This document shows positions 8,261 to 16,251 of a stretch of 64,000 bases of DNA, one piece after another. Origin of the DNA: a virus. Its lineage: Duplodnaviria; Caudoviricetes. How positions within the stretch are numbered: position 1 is the stretch's first letter; each line of letters starts with the position of its first letter. The stretch lies in IMG/VR virus record IMGVR_UViG_3300021376_000006; one strand, 5' to 3'. The notes under the pieces were generated by a model. It made no database searches. It had not been told where the DNA came from and saw only the letters and a list, made by a program, of their open reading frames with translations. The position numbers and the translations under genes are program-made.

Positions 8261-8532
8261 TACTTGGGTATATTATAATCTCTATCGTATTGCGAGGTTA
8301 TACTCCAGTGTGCTTCTGGTCCTGGATATTTTATATTACTCTCTACCGGTAAGCCAAACCGTTTTAGAATGTTTTTACGATCCGCTTGCGAACCACAGCA
8401 TTGAGCACATTCCTGCACGATCAATTCGCACAGGCGTATAACAGCTTCTTGATCATACTTGTCCATTTGATCCAAACAGCCTTGTGCTGTTATACCCGCT
8501 TCGTACATCAAATTGTCAAAATGTTCGTTCAT
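8260..8532 (-). CDS. hypothetical protein, (F)AELIVxEC family
   Basis: RLCELIVQEC...KRFGL. Confidence 0.6.
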   Translation of the reverse strand: MNEHFDNLMYEAGITAQGCLDQMDKYDQEAVIRLCELIVQECAQCCGSQADRKNILKRFGLPVESNIKYPGPEAHWSITSQYDRDYNIPK

Positions 8533-8693
8533 GATTTTTTCTTTACACAAAAGGTTTGAATTTCAGATTGCCGTTGTTGAACAAATTCAGCCTGCTTGAG
8601 GCAGGCTGCTTGACCTACAGTTTCTAAATAAGGATTATAAAGTATTCGATCGGGACCGAGAACTGTTATAACCACAAGGATCCAAATATCCAT
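8529..8693 (-). CDS. 54-aa Cys-x17-Cys mini-protein (not in ORF track)
   Basis: MDIWILVVITVLGPDRILYNPYLETVGQAACLKQAEFVQQRQSEIQTFCVKKKS; start and stop overlap both neighbours. Confidence 0.65.
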   Translation of the reverse strand: MDIWILVVITVLGPDRILYNPYLETVGQAACLKQAEFVQQRQSEIQTFCVKKKS

Positions 8694-9253
8694 TAGTTTT
8701 TGTAGTACAAATCAACGCGACGATTCTGCGCCCAGGCAGCTTCATTGGATCCTATTGCTCGAGGCTTTTCACTACCATACGAATAAGCTTCTACTTGATT
8801 TTGTCTGGCACCGTAAAATATCAATAACATTCGTACTGCATTGGCTCTTTTCTGTCCTAGCGCCAAATTATATTCTGCACCACCACGTTCGTCTGTGTGT
8901 CCTTCAACAAAAACCAATTGATCAGGATTTTTTAAAAGAAATTCCGCATGCTGTTTTATTACCGGTACAAAATTATCTTTCACGGTGTATTCGTCAAGAT
9001 CAAAATACACACTACTATTTTCAAACAAAGTGTTTGGATCTGTACTGTGTATTTTTATGCTAGTGATTTCAGCATTGGGATCAGCTACTTTGTCCACAAT
9101 TACTGTTGCAGTGCTATTGGTATTAGACTTGGGTGTGGTTCTATTACTTTTGTTTTCAACTGGGGGCGGATCTTTTGTGTTGACTGTGTCTTGCAAACTG
9201 GACATCGAACAGGCTGCAAGCGATAACACGATTGTATAAGCAAAAACTTTCAT
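8693..9253 (-). CDS. pal: peptidoglycan-associated lipoprotein (OmpA C-like domain)
   Basis: lipobox LAAC; VYFDLD, VEGHTDERGGAEYNLALGQKRA, NRRV. Confidence 0.9.
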   Translation of the reverse strand: MKVFAYTIVLSLAACSMSSLQDTVNTKDPPPVENKSNRTTPKSNTNSTATVIVDKVADPNAEITSIKIHSTDPNTLFENSSVYFDLDEYTVKDNFVPVIKQHAEFLLKNPDQLVFVEGHTDERGGAEYNLALGQKRANAVRMLLIFYGARQNQVEAYSYGSEKPRAIGSNEAAWAQNRRVDLYYKN

Positions 9254-9510
9254 TTTTCAACTCCAAAATGTTTCTTTACATCCTTTACCGCCAAGTCCGC
9301 CGGTCTGGTTTGCAGTTCAACAAACACCTCACAACATTCTTTTACAATCAACTCGGCGAACTTACGGCCAGTGCCGCGCCAAATATTACTATGATACACA
9401 TTGAAATTGGCTTCGGCGGCCAACTGTTCAAATCTGTCAGTGGGGTCTTTAATCAGCGCATTTTGATATGCTTGATCAAATTCCGGAAAGTTGCTAGCGA
9501 GTCGGGTCAT
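9250..9510 (-). CDS. hypothetical protein, FAELIVxEC family
   Basis: KFAELIVKEC...KKHFGVE. Confidence 0.6.
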   Translation of the reverse strand: MTRLASNFPEFDQAYQNALIKDPTDRFEQLAAEANFNVYHSNIWRGTGRKFAELIVKECCEVFVELQTRPADLAVKDVKKHFGVEK

Positions 9511-9692
9511 TGTGAGCCATACCCTATCAAGGCTATCGTGAAATAGATACCAAACGCAAAACAACCTGTGGCATTGGCATACAACTTCCACGAGCTAGGT
9601 TTGTGCTCGGCTCTATTTGTTAGTATGACACTGGTCAGCATGCCACTCATTAAGAAATGGAATGCCAAAAATATTATATATAATCCGGTCAT
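9507..9692 (-). CDS. small two-TM membrane protein
   Basis: two hydrophobic segments. Confidence 0.55.
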   Translation of the reverse strand: MTGLYIIFLAFHFLMSGMLTSVILTNRAEHKPSSWKLYANATGCFAFGIYFTIALIGYGSQ

Positions 9693-9895
9693 TATCTTGA
9701 TAGCATCCTTGCAAGAGTGGCATGCAGTTCAGCAACCTCGTCGTTGGGCACATAAAAATCGGTAGTAGGATCCCAATATTCTCCAGCTTTGCGATCATAG
9801 TATAACACACGACCCGTGGCAAAGTAAAACGGTCCTTCTAGACCCGGGCGTGGTTGCCAACGATTATTGCGTTCACATAGAATAGAGTATGGCAT
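9692..9895 (-). CDS. hypothetical phage protein
   Basis: GLEGPF...GRVLYYD..AGEYWDPTTD. Confidence 0.6.
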   Translation of the reverse strand: MPYSILCERNNRWQPRPGLEGPFYFATGRVLYYDRKAGEYWDPTTDFYVPNDEVAELHATLARMLSR

Positions 9896-9913
9896 TATTT
9901 GATATCAAAAATT

Positions 9914-10117
9914 TTAGCAACTATATGCACCGCACGGCTTGCTCTGATCCTCTATGTCGTCTGCGACTGCATCGCTGTAGAGTTCAGCCAAGGTTCGCCA
10001 GGTGGCATCCGTGACACCTGAGTGTTCGCGATGCCGGGTATAAGATTCTTTAAACCACAAGTCGTCCCCGCGGGACTCACAGTACTGTTCTGCACGTCTT
10101 AGAAAATCATAACTCAT
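9914..10117 (-). CDS. hypothetical protein
   Basis: ATGA overlap with upstream ORF. Confidence 0.55.
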   Translation of the reverse strand: MSYDFLRRAEQYCESRGDDLWFKESYTRHREHSGVTDATWRTLAELYSDAVADDIEDQSKPCGAYSC

Positions 10118-10344
10118 AAAGCAACTCCAAAATGTTGTTTAATTGCCAATTGGTGTTGGTCTACACCTTTTGAATACACGAAACCAGCTGGTATCCTTTC
10201 TTGTTCATGCATTATTTTAACACAATCATCAATTATCAATCTAGCGAAAATTTGGTTGTAATGTGCGATCCAGGCATCGGGCGGAATACCCTTTGGCACC
10301 ATTACTCGAGCTTGATCAGATAGTTGTTGAATTCTGGTTGTCAT
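10114..10344 (-). CDS. hypothetical protein, FAELIVxEC family
   Basis: MTTRIQQL...FARLIIDDC...KQHFGV; start moved to MTTR. Confidence 0.6.
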   Translation of the reverse strand: MTTRIQQLSDQARVMVPKGIPPDAWIAHYNQIFARLIIDDCVKIMHEQERIPAGFVYSKGVDQHQLAIKQHFGVAL

Positions 10345-10545
10345 AATATTATATAGTGCTTCCTCTCTGCGGCGGTAATTATAGTGCCTCCGGCTCTCGA
10401 TTGCCTTCACAGACACCTTCCACCCGCTCCTCGACCAGAGAGGATTCTCGTATAGCCAACGCTGTTTGCACCAAACAGTAAGGTCCTGGCCTACCATGGC
10501 CTTCTTATCCTCCGGACCAGAGTAGGGGGTGGCGCCCCCACGTCC
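10345..10545 (-). ncRNA. candidate structured RNA of unknown class
   Basis: GC-rich stretch with at least five nested inverted repeats and a GNRA-capped hairpin; no family recognised. Confidence 0.35.
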
Positions 10546-10548
10546 TAA

Positions 10549-10779
10549 TTATCCTTTAACTTCAAATCTGGCAGCGGCTTCGGCTGCTAATCGTTTAATA
10601 GCACGACCAGCAGCCTCTTTACTGTTAGTAAATGCATAATCGTCACTAAGACTATTAAAGCCGTGATACAGTTCCCAGTTACCGCCAACTTGCCATTCAA
10701 CCTTTATATCATAGGCAGTATCAAATGGTGAACCATCATGTACAATACGAACCAAGCCAAAATCATGTGCTACTCTCAT
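10549..10779 (-). CDS. hypothetical phage protein
   Basis: AAGGAG RBS. Confidence 0.6.
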   Translation of the reverse strand: MRVAHDFGLVRIVHDGSPFDTAYDIKVEWQVGGNWELYHGFNSLSDDYAFTNSKEAAGRAIKRLAAEAAARFEVKG

Positions 10780-10788
10780 ACGATCTCC

Positions 10789-11130
10789 TTAATCTAATCT
10801 GGACCCTGCGTAGGCAGTGAATCCATATTTTTCAAAGACCTTTGCGGCGGCTCGGGCACCTTCTTCCAGTGTATCAATGTTCTGCACAGGATAGCCTGCA
10901 GGATTCCATAACTGAAACGCTTTTGTATAGTCTTGACGCACACCCGCGGCCTTAAGCATTCGGCCTAACTTGGTATTGCCTTTAACCTTGTAGATATTTA
11001 CCCATGCAAACCCACAGGCGTATTGATCCACGCCGCCCAATTTAACACGGAAAAATTCATCCGCAGCAGCCCAACCAGCATCGCGGGCTTCGCGCACAAT
11101 GGCATTAACCTGTTCTTGAGTAAAGTTCAT
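10789..11130 (-). CDS. hypothetical phage protein
   Basis: CGFAWV...QNIDTLEEGARAAA motif; GGAGG RBS. Confidence 0.65.
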   Translation of the reverse strand: MNFTQEQVNAIVREARDAGWAAADEFFRVKLGGVDQYACGFAWVNIYKVKGNTKLGRMLKAAGVRQDYTKAFQLWNPAGYPVQNIDTLEEGARAAAKVFEKYGFTAYAGSRLD

Positions 11131-11396
11131 TACGCTGCCTCCCTTGCCACATAACCTTCAACAATACCAAACAAATTTTCACGCTGCCATGCCCATAAAT
11201 CAGTTATTTTATTAAACACAGGGCCGAACTGGTAACCGGTTTCAACTACACAGGTTTGCCAACCACCTGCTACATTTTTGCATTGAATTTTCATGTCATT
11301 GTCCTCAATCGGCCGGTTCGTATTTGGCAAATACTTCTTTAACTTCATCAAATCCAACTTGTAGTTCTGAGGCAACATAATCCACGGTGTCCTCAT
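11130..11396 (-). CDS. hypothetical protein
   Basis: open frame; true start may be MKIQCK. Confidence 0.45.
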   Translation of the reverse strand: MRTPWIMLPQNYKLDLMKLKKYLPNTNRPIEDNDMKIQCKNVAGGWQTCVVETGYQFGPVFNKITDLWAWQRENLFGIVEGYVAREAA

Positions 11397-11474
11397 AATA
11401 ACCCAGCGGGTCGCCTACGTTTTCGGCCAGTTTCAATACTTGTATACGAAAGTCTTTCATTTCTATCTCCTTAA

Positions 11475-11870
11475 TTACATACTGTGGTAAGTTTCACTGG
11501 ATGGCGAGCAGAAGTACGGAGTGTCATAACGCTCTTGGAACTCTTTACCCGTTACAAGATTCTTACGGGTTACAAAAGTTTCGTACACACGGACAACAAA
11601 ACCTTCGGTACGGAAACTTTCGGCCACATTCCAAACCTTGCTATAGTCAGTGTTTAAATCTACAACCTTGACAAAACGCAGGCCTTTTTTGTTACGGCCA
11701 AAACGCTCGTCTTTTCGGATACGCCGGTCTTCCTTGTAAACTTCTACGGTGTATGCAGTCTTAGTCATTTGGTACGCTCCTACTATACCCATATTATACA
11801 GAAATGGGTCATTATGGTCTACCATAATCGTTTGTTGCAAAAATTGCAACACCAGTTGCTTATTCAGCAA
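11475..11870 (-). CDS. hypothetical phage protein
   Basis: C-terminal TPYFCSPSSETYHSM; true start probably MTKTAY (GGAG RBS). Confidence 0.6.
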   Translation of the reverse strand: MLNKQLVLQFLQQTIMVDHNDPFLYNMGIVGAYQMTKTAYTVEVYKEDRRIRKDERFGRNKKGLRFVKVVDLNTDYSKVWNVAESFRTEGFVVRVYETFVTRKNLVTGKEFQERYDTPYFCSPSSETYHSM

Positions 11871-12147
11871 CAGTTAGCAAATTAGCAGGCACATTCCAGG
11901 TTGTAATGCCTTCGCGAACCTTGATGTTTTTTATGTTAATTTTAACAACATTTCCTTGGTGTGTGCGTCCGGTACGCGGATGTGTAAATTTAACAACATC
12001 GCCCAGCATCAATGCTCGTTTTGTTTCTTTAGTAAGTTGACTGCGACGGAATTTGACCGCAGCAAGAATGCTGTTTAGTTGCTCATTTGTAAACGAACCA
12101 AACATGATTTGGCTATTAACTTGTTCGATAGTAGTAAGTTGTTCCAT
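11860..12147 (-). CDS. hypothetical protein with SH3/KOW-like C-terminus
   Basis: GDVVKF...GNVVKINIKNIKV...WNVPANLL. Confidence 0.6.
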   Translation of the reverse strand: MEQLTTIEQVNSQIMFGSFTNEQLNSILAAVKFRRSQLTKETKRALMLGDVVKFTHPRTGRTHQGNVVKINIKNIKVREGITTWNVPANLLTVAE

Positions 12148-12178
12148 TGCCGACTCCTAATTAATTTACAGTTCTAAG

Positions 12179-12207
12179 AGTATAACAAAATGGTAAATTA
12201 AAGTCAA
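12179..12207 (-). promoter_or_regulatory. sigma70-type promoter
   Basis: TTGACT-N17-TATACT. Confidence 0.7.
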
Positions 12208-12214
12208 CAGTTGC

Positions 12215-13711
12215 TTAAATGCTAAGTTTTTTGTATTTGTATTGGTTCACTATTTGATATTTGAAATCTTGCGCCTGTTTTAATTGATCATGTGTAGTGG
12301 TATTCAGCAATGCATGATCTATAGTTCTTTTTGGAAAAATGTAATCGTCTAAAGTGAGATTACCAATGTTTGAGTTTGGCCAATTTTCATTTAATGAAGT
12401 GCAAATGTTTAAAGCATGTTGAAAGGAAAAATCTTTGTTTTCCCAGTTGACCCATTTGGATCCAAAATGATCAAATGTGCCCAAAGACCTATAATTGAAT
12501 TTTGTGAGATTTGATCCAATGATAGACATCTGATCGTTTATTCCGTTGACCAATGAATCTGAGCTTGGTATGTAAAGTGCGTTCCAAATGCAATGCTGAT
12601 CATGCCAATATTTTTTATGCCAATTAATGCTTTGCTGTACTGATTCCGGCGTTTCATAAGGAAGACCAACTATCATGGAGGTGGATCCTCGATAAATTTT
12701 TCTATTGTGTGTTTGGAAAAAATTTTTAATATCAACCAGGCCTTGTTTGAGTTTTTCTGAATACATTCCTTTCCCAATTGTTTTAGCAGTTTTGTCTTTA
12801 AAACTTTCAATTCCGTAATAGTGTCCTACAAAATTCATACGTAATAAATGCTGCCTGTCTTCTAGTCTGTTTATTAAAAGATCGGCACGTATAAAACCAG
12901 AAAAAAATGGAGTAAAAGACATTTTTTCAACTTGATCTGCATACTTGGATATTTTTGCTGTGCTATCATTGAATGTTTCATCAACCACATAGTAATTTGT
13001 TATTCCATATCTGTCAAAATTTTGTTGCAGATTAATTCTAAATGATTCTGCATCTTGTGTGTAATCTCCTTTGACTCCCAGAACTGGATATGAACAAAAT
13101 TTACATTTGAATATACAGCCGCGACTCAATTCAATATGACCCCATTCTTCTGGTAATAAAAAGTCTCGGTCTTCAAACAAGATTGACAACTTGTGCAATG
13201 GAAATGCCGGACAGGTTTTGTCTGCACTTATAACTTTTTTGTTAGTAAATCTTGAATCAAAAATTACCTTCTGTGCCAATGCGTTTCCTGAAATTACTTT
13301 TAACAAGTTTAGTACCGCAATTTCACCATAACCGGTAATATAGTAGTCTATTGCACTTGTTTGTTCAGGAATTATATATCCGCCGCCCCAAATCGTTACA
13401 ATATTAGGATAACGGTTTTTCAACCATGAGGCAAGTTTATCTATAACACTTGGCCACGATTGAAAAATACAGCTGAATGCAATAAATTTAGTTTTTGAAC
13501 TAATTCTACTTTGACACAATTCTTGCAATTCCTCAAGAGAAAACATCGCAGCAAAATCTACTACCTCAATATCCCAGTTGTGGTCACGTAAAAAATTTGC
13601 TATTCTATGTCCGCCAGCTCTGCGTCTATGGAATTTGTTGTCTTGATCTTTAACACTGTCGAGCCGTGTCTCATACACTTGAAAAACAAGTCCGTGATGT
13701 GTTTTTGTCAT
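12215..13711 (-). CDS. B12-binding-domain radical SAM protein
   Basis: ELSRGCIFKCKFC (CxxxCxxC), WGGG, GYGE, VVDETF, GIESF, IVGLPYET. Confidence 0.85.
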   Translation of the reverse strand: MTKTHHGLVFQVYETRLDSVKDQDNKFHRRRAGGHRIANFLRDHNWDIEVVDFAAMFSLEELQELCQSRISSKTKFIAFSCIFQSWPSVIDKLASWLKNRYPNIVTIWGGGYIIPEQTSAIDYYITGYGEIAVLNLLKVISGNALAQKVIFDSRFTNKKVISADKTCPAFPLHKLSILFEDRDFLLPEEWGHIELSRGCIFKCKFCSYPVLGVKGDYTQDAESFRINLQQNFDRYGITNYYVVDETFNDSTAKISKYADQVEKMSFTPFFSGFIRADLLINRLEDRQHLLRMNFVGHYYGIESFKDKTAKTIGKGMYSEKLKQGLVDIKNFFQTHNRKIYRGSTSMIVGLPYETPESVQQSINWHKKYWHDQHCIWNALYIPSSDSLVNGINDQMSIIGSNLTKFNYRSLGTFDHFGSKWVNWENKDFSFQHALNICTSLNENWPNSNIGNLTLDDYIFPKRTIDHALLNTTTHDQLKQAQDFKYQIVNQYKYKKLSI

Positions 13712-13717
13712 TGAATT

Positions 13718-14083
13718 TTAAATTGCTATACGTTGTTGTCCGGCACGCCGCATTTCGCCGCGCATGATTGTTTTCATTACCAATGTGTCATTTATTTTGG
13801 CAACAGGCACTGTGATATCTGTTTCTAAATCAACCACATGAATTGCTACACCTTCGGGTAAATCTTTTAAAAATTTATGCCTTTTCAACAACAGCTTGCT
13901 AAAAAAATCTGCAACCTCGGCAATGCCGATAGGTTCGGTGTTTCTGGGATCGTTAATACGATCAACAAAATGTGTGGTAATTTTTACCGGTATATTGTAT
14001 GGTACGTATCTGGTGTTTAACACCTGGGTATAGTGCTTGGCCAGTTCAGCGTTGTTTTCTGTGAGAAATTCTTGCAAACGCAT
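13718..14083 (-). CDS. hypothetical protein with MRLQEFLTE N-terminus
   Basis: shared N-terminal motif; HFVDRINDPRN. Confidence 0.6.
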   Translation of the reverse strand: MRLQEFLTENNAELAKHYTQVLNTRYVPYNIPVKITTHFVDRINDPRNTEPIGIAEVADFFSKLLLKRHKFLKDLPEGVAIHVVDLETDITVPVAKINDTLVMKTIMRGEMRRAGQQRIAI

Positions 14084-16200
14084 TATGTTTTAATAATGAA
14101 GTTGATAGCCAGGTACGGAGGTAAGTTTTGATTTGTGCCGCTGACACCTGCAGAGTTTATTGTTACGCCGGTGCTGGCATAATCAGTCCAATTATAAAAA
14201 CTAGCATCTGTACCGGCGTCTGGACCTTCCCCAATCCATGGTTCATTTGGTCTAGCTTGATTAGGGGTGTTGCTAAGAACGGTGGTACTAGTTGGATTGC
14301 GTTCCCATGCTGCCGGTACCTCTGGGTCACCAGCATTAAGATAATCATTTATACCATAAAACAGAGCCCCACTCACAGGATCTCTTAATTGATGACGATG
14401 TGTAGGATCAGTGGTATTGTGACTGTGACTTACCACTACTGCATCTTTTGTGCCACCTGTGTTACCTATAGCATACAATGTGCCTGCGCCAACTGGCATT
14501 CTATTTCTGTAATCGGGCAGGTTAAATGTATTAACTCCGTCTCCGTTGCCAAAGGTGCTGCCAAGTATGGCAAACAATGCAGCATAGGTGGTTCTTGACA
14601 CTGCAAGGCCATTGCATAACAAGAATCCTGTAGGTGCAGACACTGTGGGCCACATCATCAAGCTGCCAGTAGGTACACTGTTGTTTTGTACAAAAGCAGT
14701 TGTAGCAACTGCGGTGTTAGATGTTCCCGGAGGCATAGTAGGAGTAAATATTTGTCCTCCTACGTGTAAATTTCCACCAAGACCTATACCTCCAGTAACA
14801 ACCAATGCACCGGTTGATGTTGATATAGCTGCTCTCGACGAACCTACAACTAGGTTGCCAGTCACTGCTAAATTTGCCGCGACCGAAGAATTGCCCGATA
14901 CAGTTAAATTGCCGCCCACTGAAGCAGTTAAACCAACATCCAATCTACCAGTTAAAGATACTGAATTGGCATGCATGGTATTCAACCGCATTCCTTGACT
15001 ACCAACATTTGAACTGATATTGGCGGTTGGGATCAAATCAGCACCCAAGTATATTGTTGCCACATTACTAACAGTAACAAAAGTATTTGCAGCATTTACA
15101 TTGCCTACTAAAATACTTTCTGAAAAAATGTTTTTAAAACGGTTAGTTGTATTTCCTAAGGTAAAAGTTACGTTTGCACTTGGGATAATATGGCCAAAGA
15201 AATTAGCAGTACCATTAACTAAACCCGACAGAATATCTACGTAATTTTTTGTAGCAAAAGTCAAAGCCGGAGATGAATTTGTTGGTTGTGCATATGCTTC
15301 GGCTAATCCTGTTTGATAATTGCCTCGTAAAAACGGTGTTTGCGTTCCGCCTGTTTTGAGACTTAATATAAAGTCGCGATTGTTAGTTTGATTGTGCAGC
15401 GTGACTGTGCCGCTAGTGACATTTGCAACAAAATCACTGGCTGCACCAAAAGTCAGGCCACCATCGTTTGTCAATGATAAAGATCCGTTAATAGATCCTG
15501 ACATGTTATTTCTTACGAATGTGTTACCAAACACAGCAACGTTGTTTACATATATAGATTGGGCAACTTCACTGTTACCCCAGAAAGTGTGTCCCAGTGT
15601 GCTGTTGAGATTGAGTCCCTTTTTTATAGTAGCAAAACCAGCTGTATCAGATGCAAAAGGACCGTCTTTGCTCCAGATACCCACTAATATATTGTCGATA
15701 AAAAATTTAATTACAACATAGGTAGTTGACGGTGGGGCATCTGTTACTGTGTCCGGGATAGCCCCTGAATTACCAGTGGCAAGTCTTGACAGAGGTCCTA
15801 CCAAGCGCCATTCAGTACCTGTATATATTTTAAGCTGTCCATTTGTAGTATCATACCACTGTTCACCAGTGTATGAGTTGGTCGGAGTTGATGCACTCAG
15901 AGTCATACCAGCCAAGGTTTTCCAAATGGCGTTGCCCGAGCCTTTAGTAGCAGCAACGTTAACACTTAAAAGTTTTGTAGTGCTGTTAAACCATAACTGT
16001 CCAGGAATAGGTGCAGACGGTTCTGTGGTTTTGGCAAAGTTTTCCATGAGTCTTACAAAGTTTTGATTTAAGAATAAACCATAACCTTTGTAATTTTTTC
16101 CTAATAGAACCAAGCTGGTATTGGCACTATCTGCGGTATTATCCAGCAAACCGCCCGCAATTAGATCTTCTCCGTTACTTAATGTAATATTATATGGCAT
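14083..16200 (-). CDS. tail fibre / baseplate fibre protein with tail-collar domain
   Basis: VLLGKNYKGYG...ENFA and GQLWFN/GEQWYD repeats, beta-rich repeats, collar VPTGSLMMW...GFLLCNG...TFNLPDYR, NLPPYLAINFIIK end. Confidence 0.85.
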   Translation of the reverse strand: MPYNITLSNGEDLIAGGLLDNTADSANTSLVLLGKNYKGYGLFLNQNFVRLMENFAKTTEPSAPIPGQLWFNSTTKLLSVNVAATKGSGNAIWKTLAGMTLSASTPTNSYTGEQWYDTTNGQLKIYTGTEWRLVGPLSRLATGNSGAIPDTVTDAPPSTTYVVIKFFIDNILVGIWSKDGPFASDTAGFATIKKGLNLNSTLGHTFWGNSEVAQSIYVNNVAVFGNTFVRNNMSGSINGSLSLTNDGGLTFGAASDFVANVTSGTVTLHNQTNNRDFILSLKTGGTQTPFLRGNYQTGLAEAYAQPTNSSPALTFATKNYVDILSGLVNGTANFFGHIIPSANVTFTLGNTTNRFKNIFSESILVGNVNAANTFVTVSNVATIYLGADLIPTANISSNVGSQGMRLNTMHANSVSLTGRLDVGLTASVGGNLTVSGNSSVAANLAVTGNLVVGSSRAAISTSTGALVVTGGIGLGGNLHVGGQIFTPTMPPGTSNTAVATTAFVQNNSVPTGSLMMWPTVSAPTGFLLCNGLAVSRTTYAALFAILGSTFGNGDGVNTFNLPDYRNRMPVGAGTLYAIGNTGGTKDAVVVSHSHNTTDPTHRHQLRDPVSGALFYGINDYLNAGDPEVPAAWERNPTSTTVLSNTPNQARPNEPWIGEGPDAGTDASFYNWTDYASTGVTINSAGVSGTNQNLPPYLAINFIIKT

Positions 16201-16219
16201 TTTTTGTTCTCACACCCTT

Positions 16220-16227
16220 TATTTATG
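16220..16227 (-). promoter_or_regulatory. T4-late-like promoter box
   Basis: CATAAATA about 20 nt upstream of the fibre gene start. Confidence 0.55.
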
Positions 16228-16251
16228 CTATTTTTACTGGGTATCAAGCAG

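Noticed and set aside
8589-8610. CAGCCTGC/GCAGGCTG hairpin as a terminator
   Set aside because: It lies inside the 8529..8693 coding frame and lacks a U-tract.
10345-10545. Glycine riboswitch, SRP RNA or hammerhead identity
   Set aside because: Only superficial word matches; the conserved cores of those families are absent.
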